Made by a program: the position numbers and the translations under genes. Under the pieces are notes generated by a model. The model was not told the origin of the DNA and made no database searches. It saw only the letters and a program-made list of their open reading frames with translations. This document shows, one piece after another, positions 17,808 to 27,352 of a stretch of DNA of 64,000 nucleotides (position 1 is the first letter of the stretch; each line of letters begins with the position of its first letter). The DNA comes from an uncultured bacterium (GTDB lineage Bacteria > Patescibacteriota > Minisyncoccia > UBA6257 > 2-01-FULL-56-20). The DNA lies in NCBI GenBank assembly GCA_963718575.1, contig OY970358.1, positions 728,108-792,107 on the forward strand. The letters are read 5' to 3'.

Positions 17808-18445
17808 AAGTGATCCCCGTGCTCAACTGTCGGGACCTTGAATGCGTCCGCGAAAAGATCGAAGTCGCGAAAACGTTTTTGCCGGAAGGAAGCCTGTTGC
17901 ACCTTGACGTCACCGATGGTTTGTTCGCCACGCACAAGACGTGGGCCGATCCGATGGAGTGGACGGCGCTCAGGTCGCCGTTCGCGCTCGAAGTGCACCT
18001 CATGGTGGAACAGCCGGAAGCATATGCGGACAACTGGCTTGCCGCCGGTGCGAAGCGGTTGATTGTTCATATTGAAACGATCGGGGCGCAGTCGTTGCAT
18101 GAGATCCTCGATACCGCAAAGCGATATCATGCGGAGATCATGCTTTCATCCGAGCCGGAGTCCGCGCTTGAAGAAATGAACCCCTACCTGAAGCACTCCC
18201 GTCTCTTCCAAGTGCTCGCCGTTCAGCCCGGTCCTTCGGGACAACCGTTCCTTTCGTCCGTTCTGGAGAAGATCCGTTTTTTGAGGGAAGAACATCCGGA
18301 TGCTACAATTGAGGTTGACGGTGGTATCAATCTGGAGACGGCAAAGCTGGTGAAGGAATTCGGCGCGGACACGATCGTCTCGTCGAGCTATATTTTTAAC
18401 AGCCCCGATCCAAAAAGGGCGTACCAGGAACTCTCGGCCGTTTAG
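17804..18445 (+). CDS. rpe: Ribulose-phosphate 3-epimerase
   Basis: The RPE metal-ligand/aldolase-type TIM-barrel pattern: LHLDVTDG, HLMVEQP, VQPGPSGQPF, EVDGGIN. Overlaps the rpiB stop (ATGA). Confidence 0.9.
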   Translation: MKVIPVLNCRDLECVREKIEVAKTFLPEGSLLHLDVTDGLFATHKTWADPMEWTALRSPFALEVHLMVEQPEAYADNWLAAGAKRLIVHIETIGAQSLHEILDTAKRYHAEIMLSSEPESALEEMNPYLKHSRLFQVLAVQPGPSGQPFLSSVLEKIRFLREEHPDATIEVDGGINLETAKLVKEFGADTIVSSSYIFNSPDPKRAYQELSAV

Positions 18446-18468
18446 AAGAATAACATTTTACTATTTTT

Positions 18469-19329
18469 ATGGAATCGCTCACTGAAAAAAAACTGAAGGA
18501 GATGGAGTTGATGGCCAATCGCTTGCGCGAGGACGTCATCAAGATGGTCTCGCACGCGGGTTCCGGCCATATCGGAGGGCCGCTCGGCATGGCGGAGATC
18601 TTCACCGCGTTCTATTTTCATATTTTGAACCACGATCCAAAGAGGCCGGAGTGGCCGGATCGCGATCGGCTGGTGCTTTCGAATGGACACATCTGCCCGA
18701 TCCAGTACGCGGCGCTCGCGCACGCGGGATACTTCCCGGTGGAGGAATTGAAAACGCTGCGCCAGCTGGGCACGCGCCTGCAGGGTCACCCGCACCGCAC
18801 GGTGTTGCCCGGCATCGAGACCACATCCGGGCCGCTCGGCTCCGGCATTTCGCAGGCGAGCGGCATCGCGCTTGCGGCCCGCCTCGACGCAAAGAAATAT
18901 CAGGTGTACTGCCTGACCTCCGACGGCGAGCACCAGGAAGGCAACACGTGGGAGGCGGTGATGTTCGCCGGAAAGAATCGGCTGAGCAACCTGACGGTCG
19001 TCGTCGATCGCAACAACATCCAGATCGACGGATGTACCGAGAAAATCATGCCGCTCGAACCGTTCGCGGATAAATATCGCGCGTTCAACTGGCACGTGCT
19101 TGAGATCGACGGACACAACTTTGAGGAGATCGTCGCCGCCGCGGCGGAGGCGCGCGCGATCCACGAGCAGCCGACGGTGATCATCGCGCACACGATCCCG
19201 GGAAAAGACGTGGACTTTATGGAGAATGATTATCTCTGGCACTCGAAGCCGTTCAAGCCCGGCGAGGCGGAGAAGGCGCTCGAGGAATTGCGGACATTGC
19301 GCGGAAAGATCGAAAGCAACCATCAATAA
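18469..19329 (+). CDS. tkt: Transketolase, N-terminal (thiamine-PP-binding) subunit
   Basis: Carries HAGSGHIGGPLGMAEI and GHPH...GIETTSGPLGSGISQASGIALA motifs. The protein ends after the PP domain, i.e. the split-transketolase arrangement. Confidence 0.9.
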   Translation: MESLTEKKLKEMELMANRLREDVIKMVSHAGSGHIGGPLGMAEIFTAFYFHILNHDPKRPEWPDRDRLVLSNGHICPIQYAALAHAGYFPVEELKTLRQLGTRLQGHPHRTVLPGIETTSGPLGSGISQASGIALAARLDAKKYQVYCLTSDGEHQEGNTWEAVMFAGKNRLSNLTVVVDRNNIQIDGCTEKIMPLEPFADKYRAFNWHVLEIDGHNFEEIVAAAAEARAIHEQPTVIIAHTIPGKDVDFMENDYLWHSKPFKPGEAEKALEELRTLRGKIESNHQ

Positions 19330-19347
19330 TTATTTTTTAAAAAATCC

Positions 19348-19875
19348 ATGAAAGTCGTAAATTTCGTACTTGGGCTTGCAACGGCGGTGATCCTCGCGGC
19401 GCTCATTGCGCTCGGCATTGCGGCATTCTATCCGGCGCCGGTCGCGCCGAGCTATCCCGACAATGGGGTGACCCCTGTCGTGCCGTGCGCATCCGCCGAC
19501 ACCGCGTGCATGCAGAACAACGCCCGGATCGAAGCCCAACAGCAGGCGGCGCAGGATCAGTACAACATTGCGGAAACAGCGTACGGGAGCGCGATAAGCG
19601 TCTATGACAGGAACCTCTTCATCGTCGCGAACGTCATTGGCATCATGTTCTTCGCGCTCGGATTCTGGCTGGTCTTCGGCATTGCGCTCGCGTCGAACGC
19701 GGTGCCCGTCGGGATCATGCTCGCGGGACTGTGGAGCATCATCTACGGCTATGTGCGCGGATGGGGGAGCGTCGGTGATCAATCGAAGTTCTTCATCGGT
19801 CTTGTGATCGCGGTGATCATGATCGGCGGGAGCATGTGGCTGATCCAGCGGCGCCAGAGACTCGGCACAAAATAA
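19348..19875 (+). CDS. Integral membrane protein (4 TM, hypothetical) inserted between the transketolase halves
   Basis: 175 aa with four hydrophobic helices; no recognisable domain. Confidence 0.5.
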   Translation: MKVVNFVLGLATAVILAALIALGIAAFYPAPVAPSYPDNGVTPVVPCASADTACMQNNARIEAQQQAAQDQYNIAETAYGSAISVYDRNLFIVANVIGIMFFALGFWLVFGIALASNAVPVGIMLAGLWSIIYGYVRGWGSVGDQSKFFIGLVIAVIMIGGSMWLIQRRQRLGTK

Positions 19876-19886
19876 TCTATCACGCA

Positions 19887-20879
19887 ATGTTGAACCCCGA
19901 AGCAAAACTGAATCCGAAGATGTTCAATGACGACATCGAGATGGCGCCGACGCGCGATGGCTACGGCACGGGGCTTGTCGCCGCGGGCGAGGCGAATCGC
20001 AACGTCGTCGCGTTGTGTGCGGACCTTACGGAATCCACGCGCGTGGAAGCGTTCGCAAAGAAATTCCCCGAGCGGTTCTTTGAGGTGGGCGTCGCCGAAC
20101 AGAACATGGCGACGGTCGCCGCCGGGCTTGGCGTCACCGGAAAGATCGCGTTCATCGCGTCGTATGCCACGTTCTCCCCGGGCCGCAACTGGGAGCAGAT
20201 CCGCACGACGATCGCGTACAACGACGCGAACGTGAAGATCGCGGGACACCATGCGGGCATCTCCGTCGGGCCGGACGGTGCGACGCACCAGGCGACGGAA
20301 GACATTGCGATCATGCGCGCGATGCCGAACATGAAAGTGTTCGTGCCGTGCGACGCCGTGGAGGCGCGCAAGGCGACGCTCGCCGCGGCGCACGTGTGGG
20401 GCCCGGTCTATCTGCGCTTCCAGCGCGAGAAAACGCCGATCATGACGACCGAAGAGACGCCGTACATTCCTGGGAAAGCGGAGATATTCTGGCAATCCAA
20501 AAAACCCGAGGCGCTCATCATCGGCTGTGGCGGCCTGCTCTATAACGCGCTTCTCGCCGCGCGCGAGCTGGAGAAAGAAAAGATCGGCACGGTCGTTTTG
20601 AATTGCTCCACGATAAAGCCGATCGATGACAAGAAGATCGTCGAGCTGGCAAAGAAGATCGGCGCGGTGGTGACGGTAGAGGAGCATCAGGTGGATGGCG
20701 GCCTGGGCGGCGCGGTCGCCGAAGTGCTTGCGAAGTACGCGCCGGCGCCGATCGAGTTCATCGGCATGCAGGACATGTTCGGCGAGTCCGGCGCGCCGGC
20801 TCAATTGCTCCAAAAGTACGGCATGATGCCGAAGGATATCGTTGCGGCGGCAAAGCGGGCGTTGCGGAGGAAAAAATGA
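19887..20879 (+). CDS. tkt: Transketolase, C-terminal (Pyr and C-terminal domain) subunit
   Basis: EVGVAEQNMATVAAGL, GPDGATHQATEDIAIMRAMPNMKVFVPCD and the C-terminal domain. Start placed at MLNPEAK downstream of the upstream stop; the ORF opens at 19836. Confidence 0.9.
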   Translation: MLNPEAKLNPKMFNDDIEMAPTRDGYGTGLVAAGEANRNVVALCADLTESTRVEAFAKKFPERFFEVGVAEQNMATVAAGLGVTGKIAFIASYATFSPGRNWEQIRTTIAYNDANVKIAGHHAGISVGPDGATHQATEDIAIMRAMPNMKVFVPCDAVEARKATLAAAHVWGPVYLRFQREKTPIMTTEETPYIPGKAEIFWQSKKPEALIIGCGGLLYNALLAARELEKEKIGTVVLNCSTIKPIDDKKIVELAKKIGAVVTVEEHQVDGGLGGAVAEVLAKYAPAPIEFIGMQDMFGESGAPAQLLQKYGMMPKDIVAAAKRALRRKK

Positions 20880-20950
20880 GCGCAAAAATAGGATTAAAAA
20901 AATCTAAAAAGAAACTTGTGTTGCGCGTTGAAAAACGTAAGGTTAAACGT

Positions 20951-21115
20951 ATGAAAAAGATAGAATTGGTAAGCGCGGTGTGGCGTGAGGGCAAGTAGTA
21001 TATTGCTCAGTGTTTGAATGTGGATATTTCAAGCTTTGGAAAGACAAAATCAATTGCCCTTGCAGACTTAAAGGAAGCTTTGGAGCTCTACCTGAAGGAC
21101 GCTCCGGCATCTTAA
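20951..21115 (+). pseudogene. hicB: HicB-like (UPF0150) antitoxin remnant with an in-frame TAG stop at 20996-20998
   Basis: MKKIELVSAVWREGK*YIAQCLNVDISSFGKTKSIALADLKEALELYLKDAPAS matches the HicB N-domain pattern (..YxAxCPxLPGCxSQGDTxEEALxNxKEAIELYLE). It is split by an amber codon, and its GC is lower than the flanks. Confidence 0.5.
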
Positions 21116-21255
21116 ATTGCCAAAATTCGGCAACCGGGTATTCAAACCCAAGAATTAATGACGTGCCTATGGGCAAAAAAGAGATACCGCTCGGCACGGT
21201 GCGGTCCATTATCCGGCAATCCGAGCTGCCAAAGGAGAGATTTATGATACAATAA
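21112..21255 (+). pseudogene. hicA: HicA-like toxin C-terminal fragment
   Basis: ...ATGYSNPRINDVPMGKKEIPLGTVRSIIRQSELPKERFM matches the HicA C-terminus (GSH..hp...vtvP.Hg.KdlppGTlrsIlkQagl..eeF). The N-terminal half is missing or frameshifted. Confidence 0.4.
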
Positions 21256-21259
21256 TCTC

Positions 21260-22264
21260 ATGAAACAGAAATACGACGTGGTGTGCATCGGTGACGTGGT
21301 GATGGATGCGTTCATCACGCTGGAGGAAAAAGAGGCGCGCGTGGATTGGGACGCGTCGCATGAGCACCCGCGGCTCTCGATGTCGTTTGCGGACAAGATC
21401 CCGTATAAGGATCTCACCGTGGCGCCCGCGGTGGGGAACGCCTCGAACGTGGCCGTCGGCGCTGCCCGGCTCGGGCTGAACACGGCGATCATCACCTCGA
21501 TCGGCGGCGATCATTACGGCACCGAGATCATCGACCGCTATCACAAAGAGGGCGTGAGTACGGAATACGTAAAGATCAATAAGAACAAACCTACCAATTA
21601 TCACTTTGTTTTAAGTTACAAAGCCGAGCGGACGATCCTTATCAAACATCAGGAGTATGAATATTACGATCCGCGCAAAGTGGATTCGGAGACCGACTGG
21701 ATCTATTTCTCGTCCATCGCGGAACATACGCTTCCGTTCCATAAAAAAGTGGGGGAGTATCTTAAAAAACATCCGGAGATCAAGATGGGATTCAATCCTG
21801 GCACATTCCAGCTTCGCTTCGGTGCAAAAAAACTGCGCGAGATCTATAGACACACCTATGTATTGTTCGTGAATCGCGAGGAAGCCGCGTATATCCTTCA
21901 TACAAAAAATGAAGATATCAAATTCCTTTTTAAGGGGCTCCACAAACTGGGACCTAAGGTCGTTGTGATCACGGACGGGCCGGCCGGCGCCTATGCGTCT
22001 GACGGAATAAATCAATATTTCATGCCGCCGTATCCGGATCCGAAGCCGCCGATCTCGCGCACGGGCGCGGGCGATGCATTCTCAACGGGATTTTTCTGCG
22101 GCCTGGTCTATGGGCTCTCCGTATATGATGCTTTGCGCTGGGCGCCGATCGAATCCATGCATGTCGTGCAGTTCTTCGGTGCGCAGACGGGATTGCTGTC
22201 AAAGTCCGCGCTCATCAAGCTTTTAAAGAGGTCGCCGAAAGGATATTCGCCGAAAAGGATTTAG
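21260..22264 (+). CDS. PfkB-family carbohydrate kinase (ribokinase-like; candidate phosphofructokinase)
   Basis: N-terminal VVCIGDVVMD motif and a C-terminal TGAGDAF anion-hole motif; ribokinase fold. It sits between tkt and fba. Confidence 0.8.
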   Translation: MKQKYDVVCIGDVVMDAFITLEEKEARVDWDASHEHPRLSMSFADKIPYKDLTVAPAVGNASNVAVGAARLGLNTAIITSIGGDHYGTEIIDRYHKEGVSTEYVKINKNKPTNYHFVLSYKAERTILIKHQEYEYYDPRKVDSETDWIYFSSIAEHTLPFHKKVGEYLKKHPEIKMGFNPGTFQLRFGAKKLREIYRHTYVLFVNREEAAYILHTKNEDIKFLFKGLHKLGPKVVVITDGPAGAYASDGINQYFMPPYPDPKPPISRTGAGDAFSTGFFCGLVYGLSVYDALRWAPIESMHVVQFFGAQTGLLSKSALIKLLKRSPKGYSPKRI

Positions 22265-22281
22265 CCGGAACATTAAAAAAT

Positions 22282-23157
22282 ATGAAAACCCTCCGCGAAG
22301 TCCTTGCCGATGCCGATGCGCGCCATGTTGCCGTGGGCCACTTTAATATCTCCGATCTCGGTGCGTTGAAGGCGATTTTTGCCGCTGCGCGTGAAATGCA
22401 CCTGCCGGTGTTGATCGGCGTTTCGGAAGGGGAGCGCGAGTTCATCGGCGTGAAGACCGCCGCCGCGCTCGTGAAAAGCCTGCGCGACGCGTACGATTAT
22501 CCGATCTTCTTGAATGCGGACCACACGCACTCGCTCGATAAGGCGAAGGAAGCGGCGGAAGCGGGGTTCGACGAGATCATTTTTGATAGTTCGTCACTGC
22601 CGATGGATCAGAATATCGCGAATACAAAAGAGGCGGTTGCCGCGATCCGCGCGATCAATCCGAACATCGTGATCGAAGGCGAGATCGGCTACATCGGTTC
22701 GAACTCGGAGATCATCGCCGCCGCGCCCGCGAACCTAGCGCTCTCCACGCCGGAAGAGGCGTTGAAGTTCGTGACGGAGACCGGCGTCGACGTGCTCGCG
22801 CCGGCGGTGGGGAACATGCACGGACTTCTCGCCAGCATGGCGAGCGGCGCAGTGCACAAACATTTGCATATTGAAACGATCGCCGCGCTCAAAGCCGCGC
22901 TTGCGTCCACGAGCTGCAAGTTCATGACGTTGCACGGCGGTTCCGGCACGGAGGACGCCGACTTCATCGCCGCGGCAAAAGCTGGGATGACGATCATCCA
23001 CGTTTCGAGCGAACTGCGTCTTGCCTGGCGCCGCGGCGTGGAGGAGGGCTTGAAAGATCCGAACGAGATCGCGCCGTACAAGCTCGTCGCGCCGTCGGTC
23101 GTCGCCATCCAGAAGATCGTCACTGATCGCTTGAAGCTGTTCAACGGGCTGGCGTAG
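22282..23157 (+). CDS. fba: Class II fructose-bisphosphate aldolase
   Basis: HVAVGHFNISDL, LNADHTHSLD, and an FbaA/TBP-aldolase family C-terminus with EIGYIGS and LHGGSGT. Confidence 0.9.
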   Translation: MKTLREVLADADARHVAVGHFNISDLGALKAIFAAAREMHLPVLIGVSEGEREFIGVKTAAALVKSLRDAYDYPIFLNADHTHSLDKAKEAAEAGFDEIIFDSSSLPMDQNIANTKEAVAAIRAINPNIVIEGEIGYIGSNSEIIAAAPANLALSTPEEALKFVTETGVDVLAPAVGNMHGLLASMASGAVHKHLHIETIAALKAALASTSCKFMTLHGGSGTEDADFIAAAKAGMTIIHVSSELRLAWRRGVEEGLKDPNEIAPYKLVAPSVVAIQKIVTDRLKLFNGLA

Positions 23158-23227
23158 ATCGCTTCTCAAAATAGAGCGGATGTGTTACGGTATTTCGGTT
23201 AGCACGGCTCTTTGACTTGGAGGATTT

Positions 23228-23623
23228 ATGGCAGCATGTCAGTCTGTTCCGGAGTCTTTGGTAAGAGGGATCCCTTTCTATCAGGCCCTTTTTGCCTTCT
23301 TCTACGTTTGTCACATCAATAACGTGAAGAGTCTGCCGCTCCTTAATGATGAGGCGTGGCATATTCTTTTTTACGACGCGTACAATGTATTTGGACGTGA
23401 GCTATTGCTGATATTTGATCGCGGGTGTCTACCGCCGAGATTACAAGTCGATTCCGAGGCGGAACTCGCAATCATGGTTCTCGGCGAAACCGAAGTCTCG
23501 GAGACCCGGATATGGATATGGCGTTGGCAAGATCTTGGCAAAGAGATTGCGGACGCGCATCCCCGGCTGTTTGAATATCTGTTGATTGCGGCAAAACAAA
23601 TTCCCGGATTTCTTGGACGGTGA
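23228..23623 (+). CDS. Hypothetical protein
   Basis: 131-aa ORF with lower GC and no recognisable domain; weak support. Confidence 0.3.
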   Translation: MAACQSVPESLVRGIPFYQALFAFFYVCHINNVKSLPLLNDEAWHILFYDAYNVFGRELLLIFDRGCLPPRLQVDSEAELAIMVLGETEVSETRIWIWRWQDLGKEIADAHPRLFEYLLIAAKQIPGFLGR

Positions 23624-23706
23624 AACATGGGCCGCTTGCTGTACAGCAAGCGGCCCATTTCTTTATCAGACTTGCTCTTTTTATATTATTTGTTATACTT
23701 TCCCCT

Positions 23707-24360
23707 ATGGATTTAGCAGTCAAAACGCGCGACGTATTGGGCAAAAAGGTGAAGGCGCTCCGCAAGGAGGGTCTTATTCCTGCAGAGCTCTACGGCCACG
23801 GGTTCGAGAACATCCATCTCGCGCTTCCGGCGAAGGAATTCAATAAGGTGCTGAAGGCGGCCGGTTCCACGACGGTCGTGACGCTCCTGCTCGGCAAGGA
23901 ATCGAAGTCCGCGATGATCCACGAAGTGGCGCGTGATTCGGTCACGAGCGAGGTCATCCACGTCGATCTGCATCAGGTGCGCATGGACGAGCTTGTCAAA
24001 GCCGATGTGCCTTTGGAATTTGTCGGCGAAGCGCCGGCCGTGAAGGCGTTCAGCGCCGTCATCAACAAGTCCATGTCCACCATCGAAGTCGAGGCGTTCC
24101 CGCAGGATCTTCCGCACAGCCTCGTCATCGATCTTTCTGTTTTGGATGAGCTTGATAAGACGATCTATGTGAAGGACATCAAGCGTCCGAAAGGCGTCAC
24201 GTTCCTGATTGACGCCGAGACCGCGATCGCTACCGCGACCCCGCCCGCCGCCGAAGAAGTGGCCGCGCCAGCCGAGACCGTAGACGTCTCCGCCATCAAG
24301 ACCGAAGGCGAAGAGAAGAAAGCCGAGAGAGACGCGGAGAAAGCGACGAAAGAGGAATAG
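23707..24360 (+). CDS. rplY: Ribosomal protein L25 / general stress protein Ctc (long form)
   Basis: MDLAVKTRDVLGKKVKALRKEGLIPAELYGHG matches the L25 N-domain. Acidic/Lys-rich C-terminal extension. A terminator follows. Confidence 0.85.
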   Translation: MDLAVKTRDVLGKKVKALRKEGLIPAELYGHGFENIHLALPAKEFNKVLKAAGSTTVVTLLLGKESKSAMIHEVARDSVTSEVIHVDLHQVRMDELVKADVPLEFVGEAPAVKAFSAVINKSMSTIEVEAFPQDLPHSLVIDLSVLDELDKTIYVKDIKRPKGVTFLIDAETAIATATPPAAEEVAAPAETVDVSAIKTEGEEKKAERDAEKATKEE

Positions 24361-24372
24361 CAGTGAAAAATA

Positions 24373-24392
24373 CCCCGCGCGGGGTGTTTTTT
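24373..24392 (+). terminator. Rho-independent terminator after rplY
   Basis: ccccgcgcgggg stem followed by tgtttttt. Confidence 0.7.
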
Positions 24393-24555
24393 AATTTAAC
24401 GCCCCTTGTGGATCCGTCCGGAGTCGCCCCGGAATCTGTCGATTGTCAAAAACGATTGTTCTACTGTTGAACTGCGGATCCGGATCTTTGGGGGCGTAGC
24501 CATTTCCCCGAGAGGGCTGACTCTGCCTATCTTTTTACGTTATACTAAAAGAGCA

Positions 24556-26049
24556 ATGAAAAGGCTCTTGAAACCTCGCGTGTTAGGGGATGTTTCCGTC
24601 CAAAAGGCAAACGGTCGGAGCTGGAGCTCGTTCGGTCCGCTCGCGGCGCGCGTCAATTTGGTGGAGGAACGGATCATCCGCATCCCGCTCACGAAGACGT
24701 TGCGGTTTGCAATCATCGCCACGGCGGCGATTTTTTTGGTGTTCGGTTCCGCACTCGCGCCGACGCTTTTTAGTAAAGCTTCCGGCGATGCGTCGTCGAG
24801 CACGACGCCCACGAGCACCGATCCCACCGCCGAGCGCAGCCAGCTGGAAGGCCAGCTTGCCCAGCTTGAGATGCAGATCAATCAATATCAGGGGCAGATC
24901 CAAAGCTATCAGACGCAGGGAAAATCTTTGAACGGTGAAATTGATATTTTGAATGACAAGATCGCATCGCTCAATCTGCAGATCCAGGCGACAGGTCTTA
25001 CGCTCACGCAACTGAACACGCAGATCGCCGATAATCAGACTGAGATCACAAACCTCCAGGCGGAGATCGTCGATAAGCAGACCGCGATGACGGCGTTGAT
25101 GCAAGATCTTTATAAGAATGATCAGACGAGTCTTATTCAAGCGGTTTTGCAAAACCCCCAACTTTCTGATTTTTGGGACGATACGCAGGATCTGACCCTG
25201 CTCCAGAGCAGTCTGCGACTGACGGTCCAGCAGATCACGAGCCTTCAGACGCAGTTGCAAGATCAAGAGCAGGAATTCATAGCGTCAAAATCCGATGCGG
25301 CGAGCGTGGCGGCATATCAGGCGGCGCAGACGCAGGAGGTGGCGAGCACGGTGACGCAAAAGACCCAGCTCCTCGCCGCGACACAAGGACAGGAATCGAA
25401 GTATCAGGCGTTGCTCGTTTCGACGCAGGCGTCCGCCGCGCAGATCCGCGACCGCATCTTCCAATTGCTCGGCGGCGGCCAGCTCTCCTTTGGCGATGCG
25501 TATCAATATGCGCAGCTCGCGTCGAATGCGACCGGTATCGATCCGGCATTCATCCTTGCGATCCTCGACCGCGAATCGGCGCTCGGGCAGAATGTCGGCC
25601 AGTGCGATTATCAGACCGCGATGAACCCGGCCGACCAGCCGCTCTTTTTGAACATCGTGCAATCGCTCAATCTCAATCCAAGCACGATGACGGTTTCATG
25701 CCCGAACGCGGATGGTGCGTATGGCGGCGCGATGGGTCCCGCGCAGTTCGAGCCGTCGACGTGGGACGAATATTCGACGGCGGTTGCGGCGATCACAAAG
25801 GACAATCCGCCTTCGCCGTGGAACAATTCCGATGCGTTTGTGGCGACGGCGTTGTATTTGAAGGATAATATGACGGGATGCCAGGCGGTCTATAGCGCGG
25901 TATTGAGTCAGGAACGGTGTACGGCGGCAAAGTACTATGCGGGCGGTGATTGGAAGAATTACCTTTGGACGTACGGCGAGGCGGTTGTGGAGCAGACGCA
26001 GGGCTTCTCATCCGACATCCAGACGATCACAAACGGCAGTAATACATAA
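24556..26049 (+). CDS. Membrane-anchored coiled-coil protein with C-terminal lytic-transglycosylase-like (SLT-type) domain
   Basis: TM helix, a long Q-rich coiled coil (CwlO/PcsB-like architecture), then 'ILAILDRESALGQNVGQC...AYGGAMGPAQFEPSTW', which resembles an SLT catalytic E-S...Q...P(S/A)T block. Confidence 0.55.
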   Translation: MKRLLKPRVLGDVSVQKANGRSWSSFGPLAARVNLVEERIIRIPLTKTLRFAIIATAAIFLVFGSALAPTLFSKASGDASSSTTPTSTDPTAERSQLEGQLAQLEMQINQYQGQIQSYQTQGKSLNGEIDILNDKIASLNLQIQATGLTLTQLNTQIADNQTEITNLQAEIVDKQTAMTALMQDLYKNDQTSLIQAVLQNPQLSDFWDDTQDLTLLQSSLRLTVQQITSLQTQLQDQEQEFIASKSDAASVAAYQAAQTQEVASTVTQKTQLLAATQGQESKYQALLVSTQASAAQIRDRIFQLLGGGQLSFGDAYQYAQLASNATGIDPAFILAILDRESALGQNVGQCDYQTAMNPADQPLFLNIVQSLNLNPSTMTVSCPNADGAYGGAMGPAQFEPSTWDEYSTAVAAITKDNPPSPWNNSDAFVATALYLKDNMTGCQAVYSAVLSQERCTAAKYYAGGDWKNYLWTYGEAVVEQTQGFSSDIQTITNGSNT

Positions 26050-26059
26050 TTAAAAGATC

Positions 26060-27337
26060 ATGAAAAAAATTATCTTAAAAAACGGGTTGCGCATATTGCT
26101 CGTTCCCCAGCCGGCGAATCTTGCCGCCACGGTCCTTATTTTAGTGAAGGCGGGATCGGAATATGAATTGAAGGCTCAGAACGGCGTTTCGCATTTTTTG
26201 GAACACATGATGTTCAAAGGCACGACCGACCGACCCGAACCGGGGATGATCGCGCATGAGCTGACCGCGCTTGGCGCGCAGTTCAACGCGTTTACCGGCG
26301 AGGAATATACCGGCTATTACGCAAAGGTGCAGGCGGAAAAACTGTCGAAGATTTTAGAGATCGTTTCCGACCTGTACCTCAATCCGTTGTTTGATGAGGC
26401 CGAGATCGAAAAGGAGCGCGGCGTGATCATCCAGGAGATCAATATGTACGAGGATGATCTTCCGGCGCGCGCGGCGCGGGACTTCTCGCGGCTCGTGTAC
26501 GGCGATCAGCCCGCGGGATGGGACGTCGGCGGCGAGATCCCGATCATCAAGCGGCTCACTCGCGCCGAATTCGTTGCGTACCGCGCGCGCCGGTATGTGA
26601 TGCCGGGGACGGTCGTCGTCGTTGCGGGAAAGTTCGGCACCGCAAGCGCGAGCGCGCAGATCAAAAAGTATTTCGGCAAACTCCCACGCCGCACGGCGCC
26701 GGCAAAGAAGAAGACAACCGAACAGCAATCGTCGCCGAAGATCTCACTGCACTTCAAGGAGTCCGATCAGGCGCATCTGGTGCTCGGATTTCGCGCGTTC
26801 AACATGTTCGATAAGCGGCGCTATGCGGCGCGAGTGCTCGCCGATATGCTCGGCGGGGGAATGAGCTCAAGGCTCTTCACGCGCATCCGCGAGAAGATGG
26901 GCGCGGCGTATTATATCGGCGCCGGCACGGACCTCTCACTCGATCATGGGCTACTTTCGATTTCCGCGGGCGTCGACCGGTCAAAGATCGAACCGGTGAT
27001 CACCGCCATCCTCGAGGAGTGCGCAGCGCTTCGCGATGAAGCAGTCACAGAAAAGGAATTGCAAAAGACGAAGGATCACATGATCGGCGGCCTGGTGCTT
27101 GGGCTTGAGACATCCGATGACCTCGCGAGCTTTCATGGCAGTCAGGAAGTGCTGACCGGAGGCACCACGCCGCCGGCGGTGCTCGCCGCGCGGATAAAAA
27201 AAGTGACCGCGCGCGATGTGCAGGCCGTGGCGAAGGCGATCTTCAAGGACGCTGGACTGAATCTTGCTATTGTCGGTCCGTATAAAGAGCAAGCGCGATT
27301 TAAGAAGATTCTCCGGTTGCCAAAGCGCGGTAAATAA
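26060..27337 (+). CDS. Peptidase M16 family (insulinase-like) protein
   Basis: Inverted zinc motif HFLEHMMFKGT and a downstream EE...E block. Confidence 0.8.
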   Translation: MKKIILKNGLRILLVPQPANLAATVLILVKAGSEYELKAQNGVSHFLEHMMFKGTTDRPEPGMIAHELTALGAQFNAFTGEEYTGYYAKVQAEKLSKILEIVSDLYLNPLFDEAEIEKERGVIIQEINMYEDDLPARAARDFSRLVYGDQPAGWDVGGEIPIIKRLTRAEFVAYRARRYVMPGTVVVVAGKFGTASASAQIKKYFGKLPRRTAPAKKKTTEQQSSPKISLHFKESDQAHLVLGFRAFNMFDKRRYAARVLADMLGGGMSSRLFTRIREKMGAAYYIGAGTDLSLDHGLLSISAGVDRSKIEPVITAILEECAALRDEAVTEKELQKTKDHMIGGLVLGLETSDDLASFHGSQEVLTGGTTPPAVLAARIKKVTARDVQAVAKAIFKDAGLNLAIVGPYKEQARFKKILRLPKRGK

Positions 27338-27352
27338 TAGTAGGCTATTGCA

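Noticed and set aside
20996-20998. The in-frame TAG in the hicB-like ORF as evidence of stop-codon reassignment
   Set aside because: TAG terminates ftsX and rplY normally, and the prfB CTT-TGA-C site shows UGA is a stop. So standard code 11 applies and the TAG is a nonsense mutation.
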